From a virus (taxonomy: Duplodnaviria > Caudoviricetes), in the IMG/VR virus record IMGVR_UViG_3300014039_000538, positions 2,460-66,459 of that record: 64,000 nucleotides of DNA. The stretch is one strand, 5' to 3'. Position numbers and translations under genes: made by a program. How positions within the stretch are numbered: the stretch's first letter is position 1; every line of letters begins with the position of its first letter. The notes below the pieces were generated by a model. It ran no database searches and had not been told where the DNA came from. It saw only the letters and a program-made list of their open reading frames with translations. Positions 36,147 to 45,934 of the stretch are shown one piece after another.

Positions 36147-39100
36147 TGCGCTTTTGCGGAAATAAAGATTTCCGTTTCTGTCAAAGTAACACCATGACTT
36201 TTTAACAGTATCGCGTCCGAAACGCTTATCGTTTTCAGCCTTAATCTTTGCCTTAAACTCGTCATCCATAGCGTGTAAATCGTTCATAATTCCGTCTACA
36301 TTCTGCTTTACAAGTTCATCTACTGAAAGTAAGTTTTTCTTGTTCGCTTCGTTGTAGGCGATAGCTTCCTGCAAGAACTGTTCGCGCATATCCTTTGCTT
36401 TATCAACATTTTCACGCGCTTCATCCATGAGTTTTACATAATCCTGAATCTTTGCCTCGCAATCTTCCTGTGTCTTTAAGCCTTTAGAATCAAGGTATGC
36501 TTTACAAGCTGCCTTTGTTTCCATAGCCTTTTTAAGATTCTTGTTATAGGTCTTAATGAAACCTTTTGAAGTTGCAATCTTATCATCAAGATTACTTTCG
36601 GTGTACTCGATGTTATGCTCAATTTGGTCGTATGTTTTTGCATAACGATTGAAGTAAGTTCCTAAACTTTCCAATTTGTCGAAAAGTTCTTTGTCTTTAC
36701 CTAAGAAGTCAAACTCCTTGCCTTTGAAGTCTTTTTTAATCTTTGCAGCAAGTTCTTTTAATTCCTTCTTCTGCGCGGTAAGTTCATCAACTTTCTTTTG
36801 TTCAGCTTCAACGCCTTCAAAACGCCATGGAACGCCGGTCTTTGCGTTTTCTTTGATAGCCTCGTCAGATTCAAAAGCAATATCAATCTGCTTATGAAGT
36901 ACATCAATCAACTGTCCGTACATTCTTTGGTCGCTCTTGTTCTTTTCGGTATATTCCATAACCTGCAAGTCAGCGCGCTTGTTAGGGTCTTTAATCAATG
37001 AGAATTTCAACTCTTCCGGGTTTACATCGTTAGAGTTCATTGTATCACCCTTGTAAGAATAAAGGTCGTCGGTTCGTGATGATTTTTCGTCGTGTTTCTG
37101 ATAAATCATCGGGTCAAGAGAATCGTGCATAAGCGGTGTTACACAATGTACAATTCCCTGCTTATTTCCCTGTCTCCAACCTCTACCCCATAACTGTTGT
37201 ACATCTGTCGGATTCCAGTCAAGTTGTGTACAGTAAATTGTTGTAGTATTACCCTGCAAGTTACAACCTTCTTTGATTGTTGAACTACCGATAATAACCT
37301 TACATTTTCCTTCTACATCGTTGAACTCGTTGAAAACTTCCTGTCTTGCGTCCAGTGCCTTATCTGTTGTAGCTGCTCCGGCAACTGTTGCAATAGCGTC
37401 TTTTGGTATTCCGTGTTTAATCAGGTAGTTTTTAACCTGTGGAAATTGCTCAACGCCGCTAGGCATATACATAATCTGTCCGTTTGTCGGTGATTTTTTG
37501 TACTGCGCAATAATTGAATCACAAGTAAACTTCAACTTTGGAGAAGAATCTACAAACTCGCTCATTTTTGGTGCTTCGTAGCCGTCAGGAATGAAGGAAG
37601 GGTCTACAAGTGCCGGGCTTAAAGCGCAATTCTTCATAGCGTTCATAGCGCGGAACATATAACCGTCGTCGCGGTCGTCTTTTGGAAGTCCTTCCTGCTC
37701 TTCAATGTATTCAGAACATTTATCCATGATAGCCTTCTGCAAGTCTGTCAATTCAAGTTCAGGCGCGTGCATACGCTTGTAAGGTCTAACAACTCCTGCC
37801 TCCTCACCGTCTACCTTATCCATGTAGTTTGTGAGTAAGCCCTGCAATTCTGAAAGGTTTTCAAATCCCTTTACGACTGGTGCTTCTGTTACGCGGTTTG
37901 CCTTTACAACATATTCGCGCTGCACTTTACAGAAGTTATGTACAAACTGTTCGAGTGAGTAGAATCCCATTTCTTTAAGTTTGTCGCGTGCCATGTATGA
38001 AAGAATTGAGTAAACCTCTGTAGGTGAGTTTTGGAATGGCGTAGCCGAAAGCAAGAATGTATTGCGTCCGTCGTTATGTCTCTGAATTAACTGTGTAATC
38101 GCAAACAATTTCTTTGCTCTGTTAGAAGGCTGCCCACCGCTTCCAAGTCCGTCAAACTCGTTACTTTCGCCCTGTTCGCTCTCGCCCTGTTTATTCATGT
38201 GTTTAGGCATTTTGAAAAGGTTGCGGAAGTTGTGAACTTCATCAACGGTAATATGGTCAAATCCAAGTTCGCTAAACTGTACGCCTTCATCACGAGTGCG
38301 CGACATTTCGCCGACAAGTTCAGCGTTCTTTTCGCTATCGCTTGCAGCTTTTCTTTTTGATTTTCCTTCGCTGCCGCCGGTAGATTCCATTGCGCCAAAC
38401 TCTACATCTTCCTGTATTTCTGCCTCTTCCTGTTCATTGAATCCGATATTTTCAAGTCCTTCATAAGTACATACGGAAATAGTTCCCTCTTCAATCTTCA
38501 TTCCTTCTTTCCAGTAGTTTTTAGAAAGATTTCCAAGTTCATTTATTTTAATTTCCGGGAATAACTGATGAATAGACTTTATCCAGTTTGTATAAACTGC
38601 CTTCGGTACACAAATAAGCGGCTTTTTTGCGCGTCCTGTCTGAATCTGATTGATTGTAGCGACAATACCGCAAGCGGTTTTACCTACGCCGACATCGTAT
38701 GCAAGAAGTCCAGTTCCTTTATTTGTAAGCATAGAAATACCTTTAAGCTGCTGCTCCAACAACTTAAACGGCTTCTTGCCTTTGTGTGAACTCATACCGT
38801 CCACGAAAATAGGAATCTTTGTGTAATCAGGATTTACGAAAGTATTTGCTTTATCGTTCCAAGCCTGTACAAGGTCTTTTTGGTCTTCAATGCTCAAACC
38901 TTCGCGCAAATAACGGTTAAACAGTTTAATAGCGGTATCGCGTCTAAGCTGCTTTTTCTGCTCTCTGTAGTGTGCCTTGCCTTTTTTGTCGTCCGTTCCT
39001 GCCTCGCCTCTATCCAATACTAACGCCTCTTTATCAAAGAACGCTTTAATATCTCTAAAGTCAAGAATTGCCGGAATCTCTTCGCGCGCAATAGGTGAAT

Positions 39101-41591
39101 CACTCTCGCTATAATAACCGTGTCCGGCATACGCCCATTCAAAGAATCCTGTAATCAGGCTCATACCGTCTTTAGTCTTATAATCGCGCGTCCAGTCCAT
39201 AACCGGCGACAATGTGAATCCGTCCGACTTTTCAACCTCTACGCCGTTTTCGTCCACTTCCTTCCAAGTGCGCAAAAGTCCTTTTTCTTTAGGGCATACC
39301 GCTTCAAGCAAGGCTTTTTTAGTTTCATACTGTGGGTCTTCCGGGTCAAGTTCGCGTAATTTCTTACGGATGTTACCGCTTGCATAGTTTACGGCGTTTA
39401 CATAAGTATCACCTTCTTTTACATAATGGTCTGATGATTTTATGTATTCTTTCTGTTCGTCAGAAAGTTTTGTCATGTCGATATTGCCGTATTTATCGGT
39501 TACTTTCCAAACCGGCAGGTCTTTAGGGTCGATGTCTTTACCGTACATCTTGTTAAACTCTGCCGCGTCGAGTAAATGAGCGTCCGGGCTTATAGGATAA
39601 TCGTGTGTACCTTCTGCGTTTTTGTTACCCTTCATAGCTTCCGAGCGGTTACGCTTTTCAGCCTGTTCGTCAGTAAATAATACTTCTTCGCTATTGCCGT
39701 CCACATTTACGACTACACCGGCGGTCTTACGATTGCGCTTTACATATCCTGATACAATTCCAGTTCTACCGTCGTCAAGTTTTACGACATCGCCGAAAAT
39801 AGTTTTAGAAGTAATCTTTTTAGGTTCGTTCTTTACTTCTTTGACTTCAACCTTTGCGGCTTCCTGTTCGATAATCTTGTCAATTTCAGCCTGTCCGACA
39901 TTGATATTTGCTACTGCGCTTTCAAATGTTTCACCGTCTTTTGGTTTAATGTAAGTCTCTTCGCCAAAGCGTCCGATTCTTGTAGACACTTCACCGGCGA
40001 TATGGTCAGGATTATTTGTAAAGTAATTTTTCAGCGCGTCTACTGTTGTACCTTTACCCTTGCGGAATACGACAATATCAGTTCCGACATCGGTACTGTC
40101 AAAAGTTCCGTTTGGAAGTCTCCACGCTTCGAGTAATTCTGCTTTACCTGCGATTTTTTCAAGGTCTTTACCGTATGAACTACCGCCGTTAAGGAATCCG
40201 CTAGGCACTACCATAGCCATAATTCCGCCGTCTTTTACGGTGTCGAGTGTTCGCGACATGAAGTAAGTTTCATAGCGTTTGTAATCTTTGCCTTCGCCCA
40301 TACCTTTGTATTTGCCGGTATAAGCACCATAAGGCGGATTTCCTACCGCTACATCGTACTTTTCAAAGTCTTTTGTAAAGCGTCCTTTTTTGTTCTTCAT
40401 GAAGTTTTCTTGAAATGCTCCCTGCACAATTTCAGCGTCAGGGTGTAAGATATGCGCAATTCTTGCGGAATCTGCTTCAAGTTCAAACATGGTAAACTTT
40501 TCGCTTCTGCCTTCTGCAAAGCGTCCAATACCGCTAGAAGGTTCAATAACGCTTTTATCCTGTCGAGGATTGTATTTATCGACAATTTCCCAAACTTTAG
40601 AAATAACATTACGCGGTGTATAAAACTCATAAAGAACGCCGCTATTGCTGCTTCCTTCTTCGTCTGTTCCACCTGCGCCTACATACTGCGCAAGAATCTG
40701 TTTATCTGCGTCAGTAATTTCTGAATCAGGCTTTTTAAGAATCTCGCGACACTGTTCGCGGATTTTTCGCGCCTGTCCTTTTGTTATTCTTCCTCTTCCT
40801 GCGTTGACATCGCCGTTTGGTTCTGCAAGTCCTCTTCCAAGTTCGCCAGTGCCGAGTAAAGATTCGTCTGTGTTATCTTCTCGCCCTGTGTTACCAACAT
40901 TCTCACGGCTTGTTTCTTCGCCCCTTCCAGTCCGTATGTTTTCAGCACCATCGGAAATTCTTCCCGGCTCAATTCCAGTGTTACCATTGTTTACCCCCTG
41001 TAAATCATCGGTGTAAACGCCGTTCTTTTCGGCGTTCTTATTGCCTTTCATGGCATTACTGCGGTTATCGTGCTTTTCCTGCTCGCTTTCCGCTTCGTCG
41101 ATTCTCTGTCCTTCAACGCTAAAAGTAGCCCATACTTTACGCATTAAAGAACGGTTGATAATCATTTTATCGGCGTTTTTCGCCTTTGGTTCTTTTTTTT
41201 CGGCAACGATTGCAACGGCTTTTGCCTCTACTGCTTTCTGTGTTACCGGCTTTTTGTACTTGTCGCGCTTTTCTTTTTTTGAGAAAAGATTATCCCACTT
41301 TACTTTGTTTGTGAAATACTCCAGTACATGAGCCGCCCAAGTAGTTTTACTTGCGCCGTACTCTTCTTTGATGTCGCTTGTATATGTTTCGTCAATCTTC
41401 TTTTTGCCGATTCCGAAACATTCAAGTAACGCTGTTAAAGGGTGTTTCCATGAATCTTCATAGACATAATTCCACCCTTTACCTGTTTTCTTTGGATAGC
41501 GTCGTATGTGCTTTACCGGGCGTGATTTCTGAATAGTTTCCCATTCGTGATTAGCCCTGTAACGCTCCAAAAATCCGATTCTAAAAGCCAT
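36129..41591 (-). CDS. DarB-like N6-adenine methyltransferase / SNF2-type helicase fusion (1820 aa)
   Basis: IEPSSGIGRF and GNPPY (MTase motifs I and IV); DVGVGKT, DEVH, SATP, QLWGRGWRQG (SF2 helicase). Confidence 0.85.
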   Translation of the reverse strand: MAFRIGFLERYRANHEWETIQKSRPVKHIRRYPKKTGKGWNYVYEDSWKHPLTALLECFGIGKKKIDETYTSDIKEEYGASKTTWAAHVLEYFTNKVKWDNLFSKKEKRDKYKKPVTQKAVEAKAVAIVAEKKEPKAKNADKMIINRSLMRKVWATFSVEGQRIDEAESEQEKHDNRSNAMKGNKNAEKNGVYTDDLQGVNNGNTGIEPGRISDGAENIRTGRGEETSRENVGNTGREDNTDESLLGTGELGRGLAEPNGDVNAGRGRITKGQARKIREQCREILKKPDSEITDADKQILAQYVGAGGTDEEGSSNSGVLYEFYTPRNVISKVWEIVDKYNPRQDKSVIEPSSGIGRFAEGRSEKFTMFELEADSARIAHILHPDAEIVQGAFQENFMKNKKGRFTKDFEKYDVAVGNPPYGAYTGKYKGMGEGKDYKRYETYFMSRTLDTVKDGGIMAMVVPSGFLNGGSSYGKDLEKIAGKAELLEAWRLPNGTFDSTDVGTDIVVFRKGKGTTVDALKNYFTNNPDHIAGEVSTRIGRFGEETYIKPKDGETFESAVANINVGQAEIDKIIEQEAAKVEVKEVKNEPKKITSKTIFGDVVKLDDGRTGIVSGYVKRNRKTAGVVVNVDGNSEEVLFTDEQAEKRNRSEAMKGNKNAEGTHDYPISPDAHLLDAAEFNKMYGKDIDPKDLPVWKVTDKYGNIDMTKLSDEQKEYIKSSDHYVKEGDTYVNAVNYASGNIRKKLRELDPEDPQYETKKALLEAVCPKEKGLLRTWKEVDENGVEVEKSDGFTLSPVMDWTRDYKTKDGMSLITGFFEWAYAGHGYYSESDSPIAREEIPAILDFRDIKAFFDKEALVLDRGEAGTDDKKGKAHYREQKKQLRRDTAIKLFNRYLREGLSIEDQKDLVQAWNDKANTFVNPDYTKIPIFVDGMSSHKGKKPFKLLEQQLKGISMLTNKGTGLLAYDVGVGKTACGIVATINQIQTGRAKKPLICVPKAVYTNWIKSIHQLFPEIKINELGNLSKNYWKEGMKIEEGTISVCTYEGLENIGFNEQEEAEIQEDVEFGAMESTGGSEGKSKRKAASDSEKNAELVGEMSRTRDEGVQFSELGFDHITVDEVHNFRNLFKMPKHMNKQGESEQGESNEFDGLGSGGQPSNRAKKLFAITQLIQRHNDGRNTFLLSATPFQNSPTEVYSILSYMARDKLKEMGFYSLEQFVHNFCKVQREYVVKANRVTEAPVVKGFENLSELQGLLTNYMDKVDGEEAGVVRPYKRMHAPELELTDLQKAIMDKCSEYIEEQEGLPKDDRDDGYMFRAMNAMKNCALSPALVDPSFIPDGYEAPKMSEFVDSSPKLKFTCDSIIAQYKKSPTNGQIMYMPSGVEQFPQVKNYLIKHGIPKDAIATVAGAATTDKALDARQEVFNEFNDVEGKCKVIIGSSTIKEGCNLQGNTTTIYCTQLDWNPTDVQQLWGRGWRQGNKQGIVHCVTPLMHDSLDPMIYQKHDEKSSRTDDLYSYKGDTMNSNDVNPEELKFSLIKDPNKRADLQVMEYTEKNKSDQRMYGQLIDVLHKQIDIAFESDEAIKENAKTGVPWRFEGVEAEQKKVDELTAQKKELKELAAKIKKDFKGKEFDFLGKDKELFDKLESLGTYFNRYAKTYDQIEHNIEYTESNLDDKIATSKGFIKTYNKNLKKAMETKAACKAYLDSKGLKTQEDCEAKIQDYVKLMDEARENVDKAKDMREQFLQEAIAYNEANKKNLLSVDELVKQNVDGIMNDLHAMDDEFKAKIKAENDKRFGRDTVKKSWCYFDRNGNLYFRKSAFSKQM

Positions 41592-41679
41592 ATAATAGCC
41601 CCCTTGTTTTTGCCCTTGAATGTACGCGGTTCTAAGGCGGTTATTTATGCTTATGGCAACTACAACCTTGCCACGCTGC

Positions 41680-44247
41680 CTAATTTAATACAAGTTTCTT
41701 GCCGTGATATTTTTTCATTAAAACTTTTTGCTTGAAAAGTTCAAACGGTACAGTATCAACGCCGCCAAAAAATCCCGGTTTATCATATTGTTTCAAATAC
41801 GCCGCTTTAGCGTCTGCCAGTGTATCAAATCCAAGCATACACTTGTCTTCGTCGTATTTATCAGTTCCCGGTATTTTCTGATGAATGATATAAACATTTT
41901 TAGCGTCGATGTTATCACCGATATAACAATCTACATGGTCGCCGTCTACGCCTTCCGTGCCTCTGATATATCCGTAATCGTAATTCATTTTAATAGCCCA
42001 TTTATGACCGTCTGAATCAACGCCGCGCCGGATAGTTCCTTTTTTATTTTCAATGCTTATATTCAAGCCTCTAAAAGCGGTTCTACCCTGTAATTTATGT
42101 CCGCTAAAAGTCAAAGATTTTTCTACGGAATCCGCGCCGTTATAAAGTTCTCTTATGCGCTCCGTAAATCCTTTTATAGAATCGTCAGGGTTTTCAATTC
42201 CCTTTTCTTTGTACTCTTCTTTTGCAGCTTTTACGGCGTTATTCCACTTTTTAGCGTTCTTGCTCTGTTCAGCTACAAGCGCGTCGATATTGATGTTATC
42301 AAGTCCGATGTCGTAACGCTGCCAAGTTCCCCTGCAATATGGGTGTTTTACGGAAATAGGGCAATCCCACTCAAAGCCGTCTTTACCTTCCCATATCACA
42401 TAATCAGCATTTTTATCTTTTGATTTTTCATCATTCAGCGGCTTATCGCTCCATACGGCAATTTTACCGTTGATTGCTTTACACTTCGGGCAAGTGTTAC
42501 CGTCAATTACTTCAATGCGCTTAAAATATGTCTTTTTGCCTTCTTCGGTGTTATAGACTTCTTCCTGCACAAAAGAATTATTAAAGGTGTTCTGTATTTC
42601 AGTGTCGGCAACTCTCTGAAAGTCGCGGTTATCACCTACCATTTTGTCAAACAATGCTTGTGAGACTTGTCCTTTACTTCTTTTGCCTTTTACGCCGTCA
42701 ATAAGAATCTGTTTGATATTGCCGCGCATTTTGTCGGTTATGTTCGTTATTTCCTGCGCCGCCGATTGTGTCATTACTTCAATTCGCGCCTGTTCCTGCC
42801 GGGTGAGACTTTCGCCGAAAACATTTTGCATATTCCTAACATTTTCGCTTATCCAGTCAAAAGATTTACCGTGATATTGCAAACCTTCTAGCCGTAATTT
42901 TTTTACAGCTTCAAGAGTATTGTATTTCAACATACGGTCGAGGATTTTTGAAAGTGATTTTGATTCAAGTATGATTTTCTTTTCGACATCTTTAATGTTG
43001 CGGTTCAAAAACTTTTCAAGATTGCCTACAAACTTATTCCAGTCTGATTGTTTAATCGGTTCGCCGGTAGAAGGGTTATAAAGAATCCTGCCTTTATGAG
43101 TGAGTATGTCAGATTTTGACATTACGGTTTTCTTTGGTAAGTCTAAATACTCTGTTACATAATCATAAGTATTGCGTACAAGTTCAGAAAAGAACATACA
43201 CCACTTATCCGTTAAATCTTCCTGCGCCTGATAAAAAAAGATTTCACCTTTTGCAGCTTTCAGCGGCACGGATAAACTCATAGCCATAGTGCGCAACGCT
43301 TTTTCTATACGCTCATTTGAAAAGTCTTTGAGTTTAATATTGATTATACCTAAACGCGGCGTATTATCAGCCGGAATATATTCAGGAGTGCCGCCGGTTA
43401 AACTTTTTACAAGCTGCTCAAACTTCGCCTTGCGGTTTCCTTCTGTAATGTCGGTTATTTGTATTTTAATCGACCTATTGACAAGTGAGTAATTAGGATT
43501 TATATTTGAATCGTGAGTAGGGTTATGTTGCCTAGAATATGGAATCGGCGTTAGCTTGGTGTTGTCCTTAACGATTCGACCGGTAATTGCTCCTTTAAGG
43601 CACGGTTCAGCCGTGCTTTTTTTTATGCTATCGCTTCCTATAACAGAAATATAAACAGTATCACCTAATTTTCCGTCTGCGTATTTTTTTTGAGAAACGG
43701 TTACTTGTACATAACTGTGATTATCGCCTTTTGGCGCAATCCCTGATATAGTCTGATAAGCAAGTCCCACCGCATTGTCTTTTTGCGATGTCGTATAAGC
43801 CTTATAACGTGATTGTGTATGAACTCCAGCACCTTCAAGAAGTTCTTTTGCGCATGGTAAATATTTTACATGGTCTGCAAGATTTTTAGGAGTTCTTAAT
43901 TTTATTTTTGATGATGAATTTCCGCCCATTTTTCGCAAATGAATATAAGTTATATTATCAAAATTGATTTTCTTACCTTTTAATTCTTTGCATATTGATT
44001 TATCAGGGTGATTTTTCCAATCGGAAATCCAAGTATTTTTTATATAATCTTCTGCAAGTGCGACAATTCTTTTTGCACTCATAGATGAGTTAATTTTTAA
44101 TATTCGGCTTTGGCATTGTATCATTCTTGAAAAGTTATTATGTTTGTCGTAGTAATAACGCCACTCGCCATTTTTAAATTCTTTACGGCTATACAAATGA
44201 GATTTTATCAGAATATCCCAATTATCCTCAAAAAGCATAATCACCAC
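41680..44247 (-). CDS. Minor head (MuF-like) polyvalent protein with LPD3-like and inorganic-pyrophosphatase-like domains
   Basis: Follows portal; TCPKC...HPYCRG (MuF-like); ISIENKKG..R.G.D..G..W...MNYDYGYI.GT.G.DGDHVD (InPase-like). Confidence 0.7.
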   Translation of the reverse strand: MVIMLFEDNWDILIKSHLYSRKEFKNGEWRYYYDKHNNFSRMIQCQSRILKINSSMSAKRIVALAEDYIKNTWISDWKNHPDKSICKELKGKKINFDNITYIHLRKMGGNSSSKIKLRTPKNLADHVKYLPCAKELLEGAGVHTQSRYKAYTTSQKDNAVGLAYQTISGIAPKGDNHSYVQVTVSQKKYADGKLGDTVYISVIGSDSIKKSTAEPCLKGAITGRIVKDNTKLTPIPYSRQHNPTHDSNINPNYSLVNRSIKIQITDITEGNRKAKFEQLVKSLTGGTPEYIPADNTPRLGIINIKLKDFSNERIEKALRTMAMSLSVPLKAAKGEIFFYQAQEDLTDKWCMFFSELVRNTYDYVTEYLDLPKKTVMSKSDILTHKGRILYNPSTGEPIKQSDWNKFVGNLEKFLNRNIKDVEKKIILESKSLSKILDRMLKYNTLEAVKKLRLEGLQYHGKSFDWISENVRNMQNVFGESLTRQEQARIEVMTQSAAQEITNITDKMRGNIKQILIDGVKGKRSKGQVSQALFDKMVGDNRDFQRVADTEIQNTFNNSFVQEEVYNTEEGKKTYFKRIEVIDGNTCPKCKAINGKIAVWSDKPLNDEKSKDKNADYVIWEGKDGFEWDCPISVKHPYCRGTWQRYDIGLDNINIDALVAEQSKNAKKWNNAVKAAKEEYKEKGIENPDDSIKGFTERIRELYNGADSVEKSLTFSGHKLQGRTAFRGLNISIENKKGTIRRGVDSDGHKWAIKMNYDYGYIRGTEGVDGDHVDCYIGDNIDAKNVYIIHQKIPGTDKYDEDKCMLGFDTLADAKAAYLKQYDKPGFFGGVDTVPFELFKQKVLMKKYHGKKLVLN

Positions 44248-44248
44248 C

Positions 44249-45934
44249 TTAAAACTGGAATGTTAGCGATTTATTTATGTTGCCATTATCTTTTTCTCCG
44301 GCGTTATCCTTATTTTCTGCATTAGCTTCTTCGTTTCCGGCAATTTCATTCCATGCGTCATTATCTACATTTTCGTTTTCGTCGGTGTTTTCGTCTCCAA
44401 AGTCTTCGCCGTTATCCTCGCCACCAAAGTCCGCGCCTTCTCCGCCTTCGTCTTCTGCTGCGTCCGGGTCTTCCATTCCGCCGCCGTCCATTTGTGCAGA
44501 TTGATACATCTGTACAAACTGCGGATTTGCAGGGCATTTATCCGCCCAGTCAGCTTCTATCGGTTTAAGTCCTTTTTCTTTGCGTACTTCGTTTAATGTC
44601 TTGAATGATTCAAGTTCGGTTTTTGTAAGGTCAAGAATCTGTTTAGGGTCGTCGCGTTCATATCCTACAAACTCAATTTCATATCCCGGATATGCTTTTT
44701 CAAGAATCTGATTGATATACTGCTGCAAGAAAGCCAACATATCGCCCAGTACAAGCGATTTTGACGCTTCAATTTCAGGTGTAGTATTATGCTCAAACAT
44801 CGGTTGAGACTTTGAAGAGTGAAGTCCTAACTCTTCCATGCTGCAACCAAAAAGCGAAACAATAGCACTTGTCAGGAAGTCCAACCAACCTTGAAATTCC
44901 ATTTCTTTATTTGTACCGCCTAAACTTACCCACTTGATAGAGTTGTTTTCTCCGCCTGTTCCGTTCCCTGCCGGAATAATCGGCACGCGCCACTGATTTG
45001 CGGTACTTCCGCTCATAATGTCGCACAAGTAATCTTCCATTTGCTCTACGGTTTCTTGATTTGTGTTGCCGTCCAACAAAAGCATACCGCGCGGCAATTT
45101 GTTTTCTGTAAAGAATCCGGCGTTATATGTGAATGCGTTGATTGTGCTTGTAATAAGGTCTATCGCCTGTTCAACTGGTGAATAACCATAGAGTGAATAG
45201 CGTACATCGCTACGCGGATTCTGATAGTCAAAAATCAATGAATCTTCGGGATAAAAAGCCTGTGGTATAGAATCAATAACCTGTACATACTTAATGTGTA
45301 AAGGGTTGTCCTGATTCGGTAAAACGCGCTCGATTGTCGCGCCGTCTACCGCCCAAAATGCGTAAACCTTGCCCGATACAGTGCGCCCGATTTCTGTTGC
45401 TACTTGGTCGATTTCAAGCGCGTCTCTTAAAATCTTAATACAGAATCTTGTGAAGTTGTCGCGGTCAGGTGATTTTTCAATTCCAGTATTAAGCAAAAAC
45501 TGCTCTATTTCAGTTCTTGCCTCTGATTTCTGTCCGGCTGCCTTAATTACATCTTCCCCGACTTTCTTAACAACAAAACCGCGTAAGTTGCGGTTTGTGG
45601 AAGGTTTTAGAAACGGTTTAATTTTTTTCTGTACATTGATGATACATAAATTGATTATCCACGCTTTTTTAGAAACGCGGCGCAAGGTTTGACAATCGAC
45701 TTCACGGTTATAATGTCCGTCCGCCGTCCGCAAGTTTCCGTATTCGTTTTCAATGTTGCGGAATGGGTCAAAAAATGATGATTGTGAGCCGCCCTGCTTT
45801 GCTCTTGCATAGTCAGTCGGTACATACGCCCTTGCATACTTTTTAGCGCGATTGATTTCCCTCTTAATGTCGATAGGTTCAACTTCAATACTCTTCTGAA
45901 TCGGGATAAGCTGCTTATTGTTATCTGTTGCCAT
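44249..45934 (-). CDS. Portal protein
   Basis: Follows terminase; YGYSPVE...FF....LPRGML...W..P motifs. Confidence 0.85.
   Translation of the reverse strand: MATDNNKQLIPIQKSIEVEPIDIKREINRAKKYARAYVPTDYARAKQGGSQSSFFDPFRNIENEYGNLRTADGHYNREVDCQTLRRVSKKAWIINLCIINVQKKIKPFLKPSTNRNLRGFVVKKVGEDVIKAAGQKSEARTEIEQFLLNTGIEKSPDRDNFTRFCIKILRDALEIDQVATEIGRTVSGKVYAFWAVDGATIERVLPNQDNPLHIKYVQVIDSIPQAFYPEDSLIFDYQNPRSDVRYSLYGYSPVEQAIDLITSTINAFTYNAGFFTENKLPRGMLLLDGNTNQETVEQMEDYLCDIMSGSTANQWRVPIIPAGNGTGGENNSIKWVSLGGTNKEMEFQGWLDFLTSAIVSLFGCSMEELGLHSSKSQPMFEHNTTPEIEASKSLVLGDMLAFLQQYINQILEKAYPGYEIEFVGYERDDPKQILDLTKTELESFKTLNEVRKEKGLKPIEADWADKCPANPQFVQMYQSAQMDGGGMEDPDAAEDEGGEGADFGGEDNGEDFGDENTDENENVDNDAWNEIAGNEEANAENKDNAGEKDNGNINKSLTFQF

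Noticed and set aside
41630-41690. AGGCAGCGT resembling cassette B
   Set aside because: No TTTGCACT, no U-tract and no promoter recognised; overlaps a stop codon.
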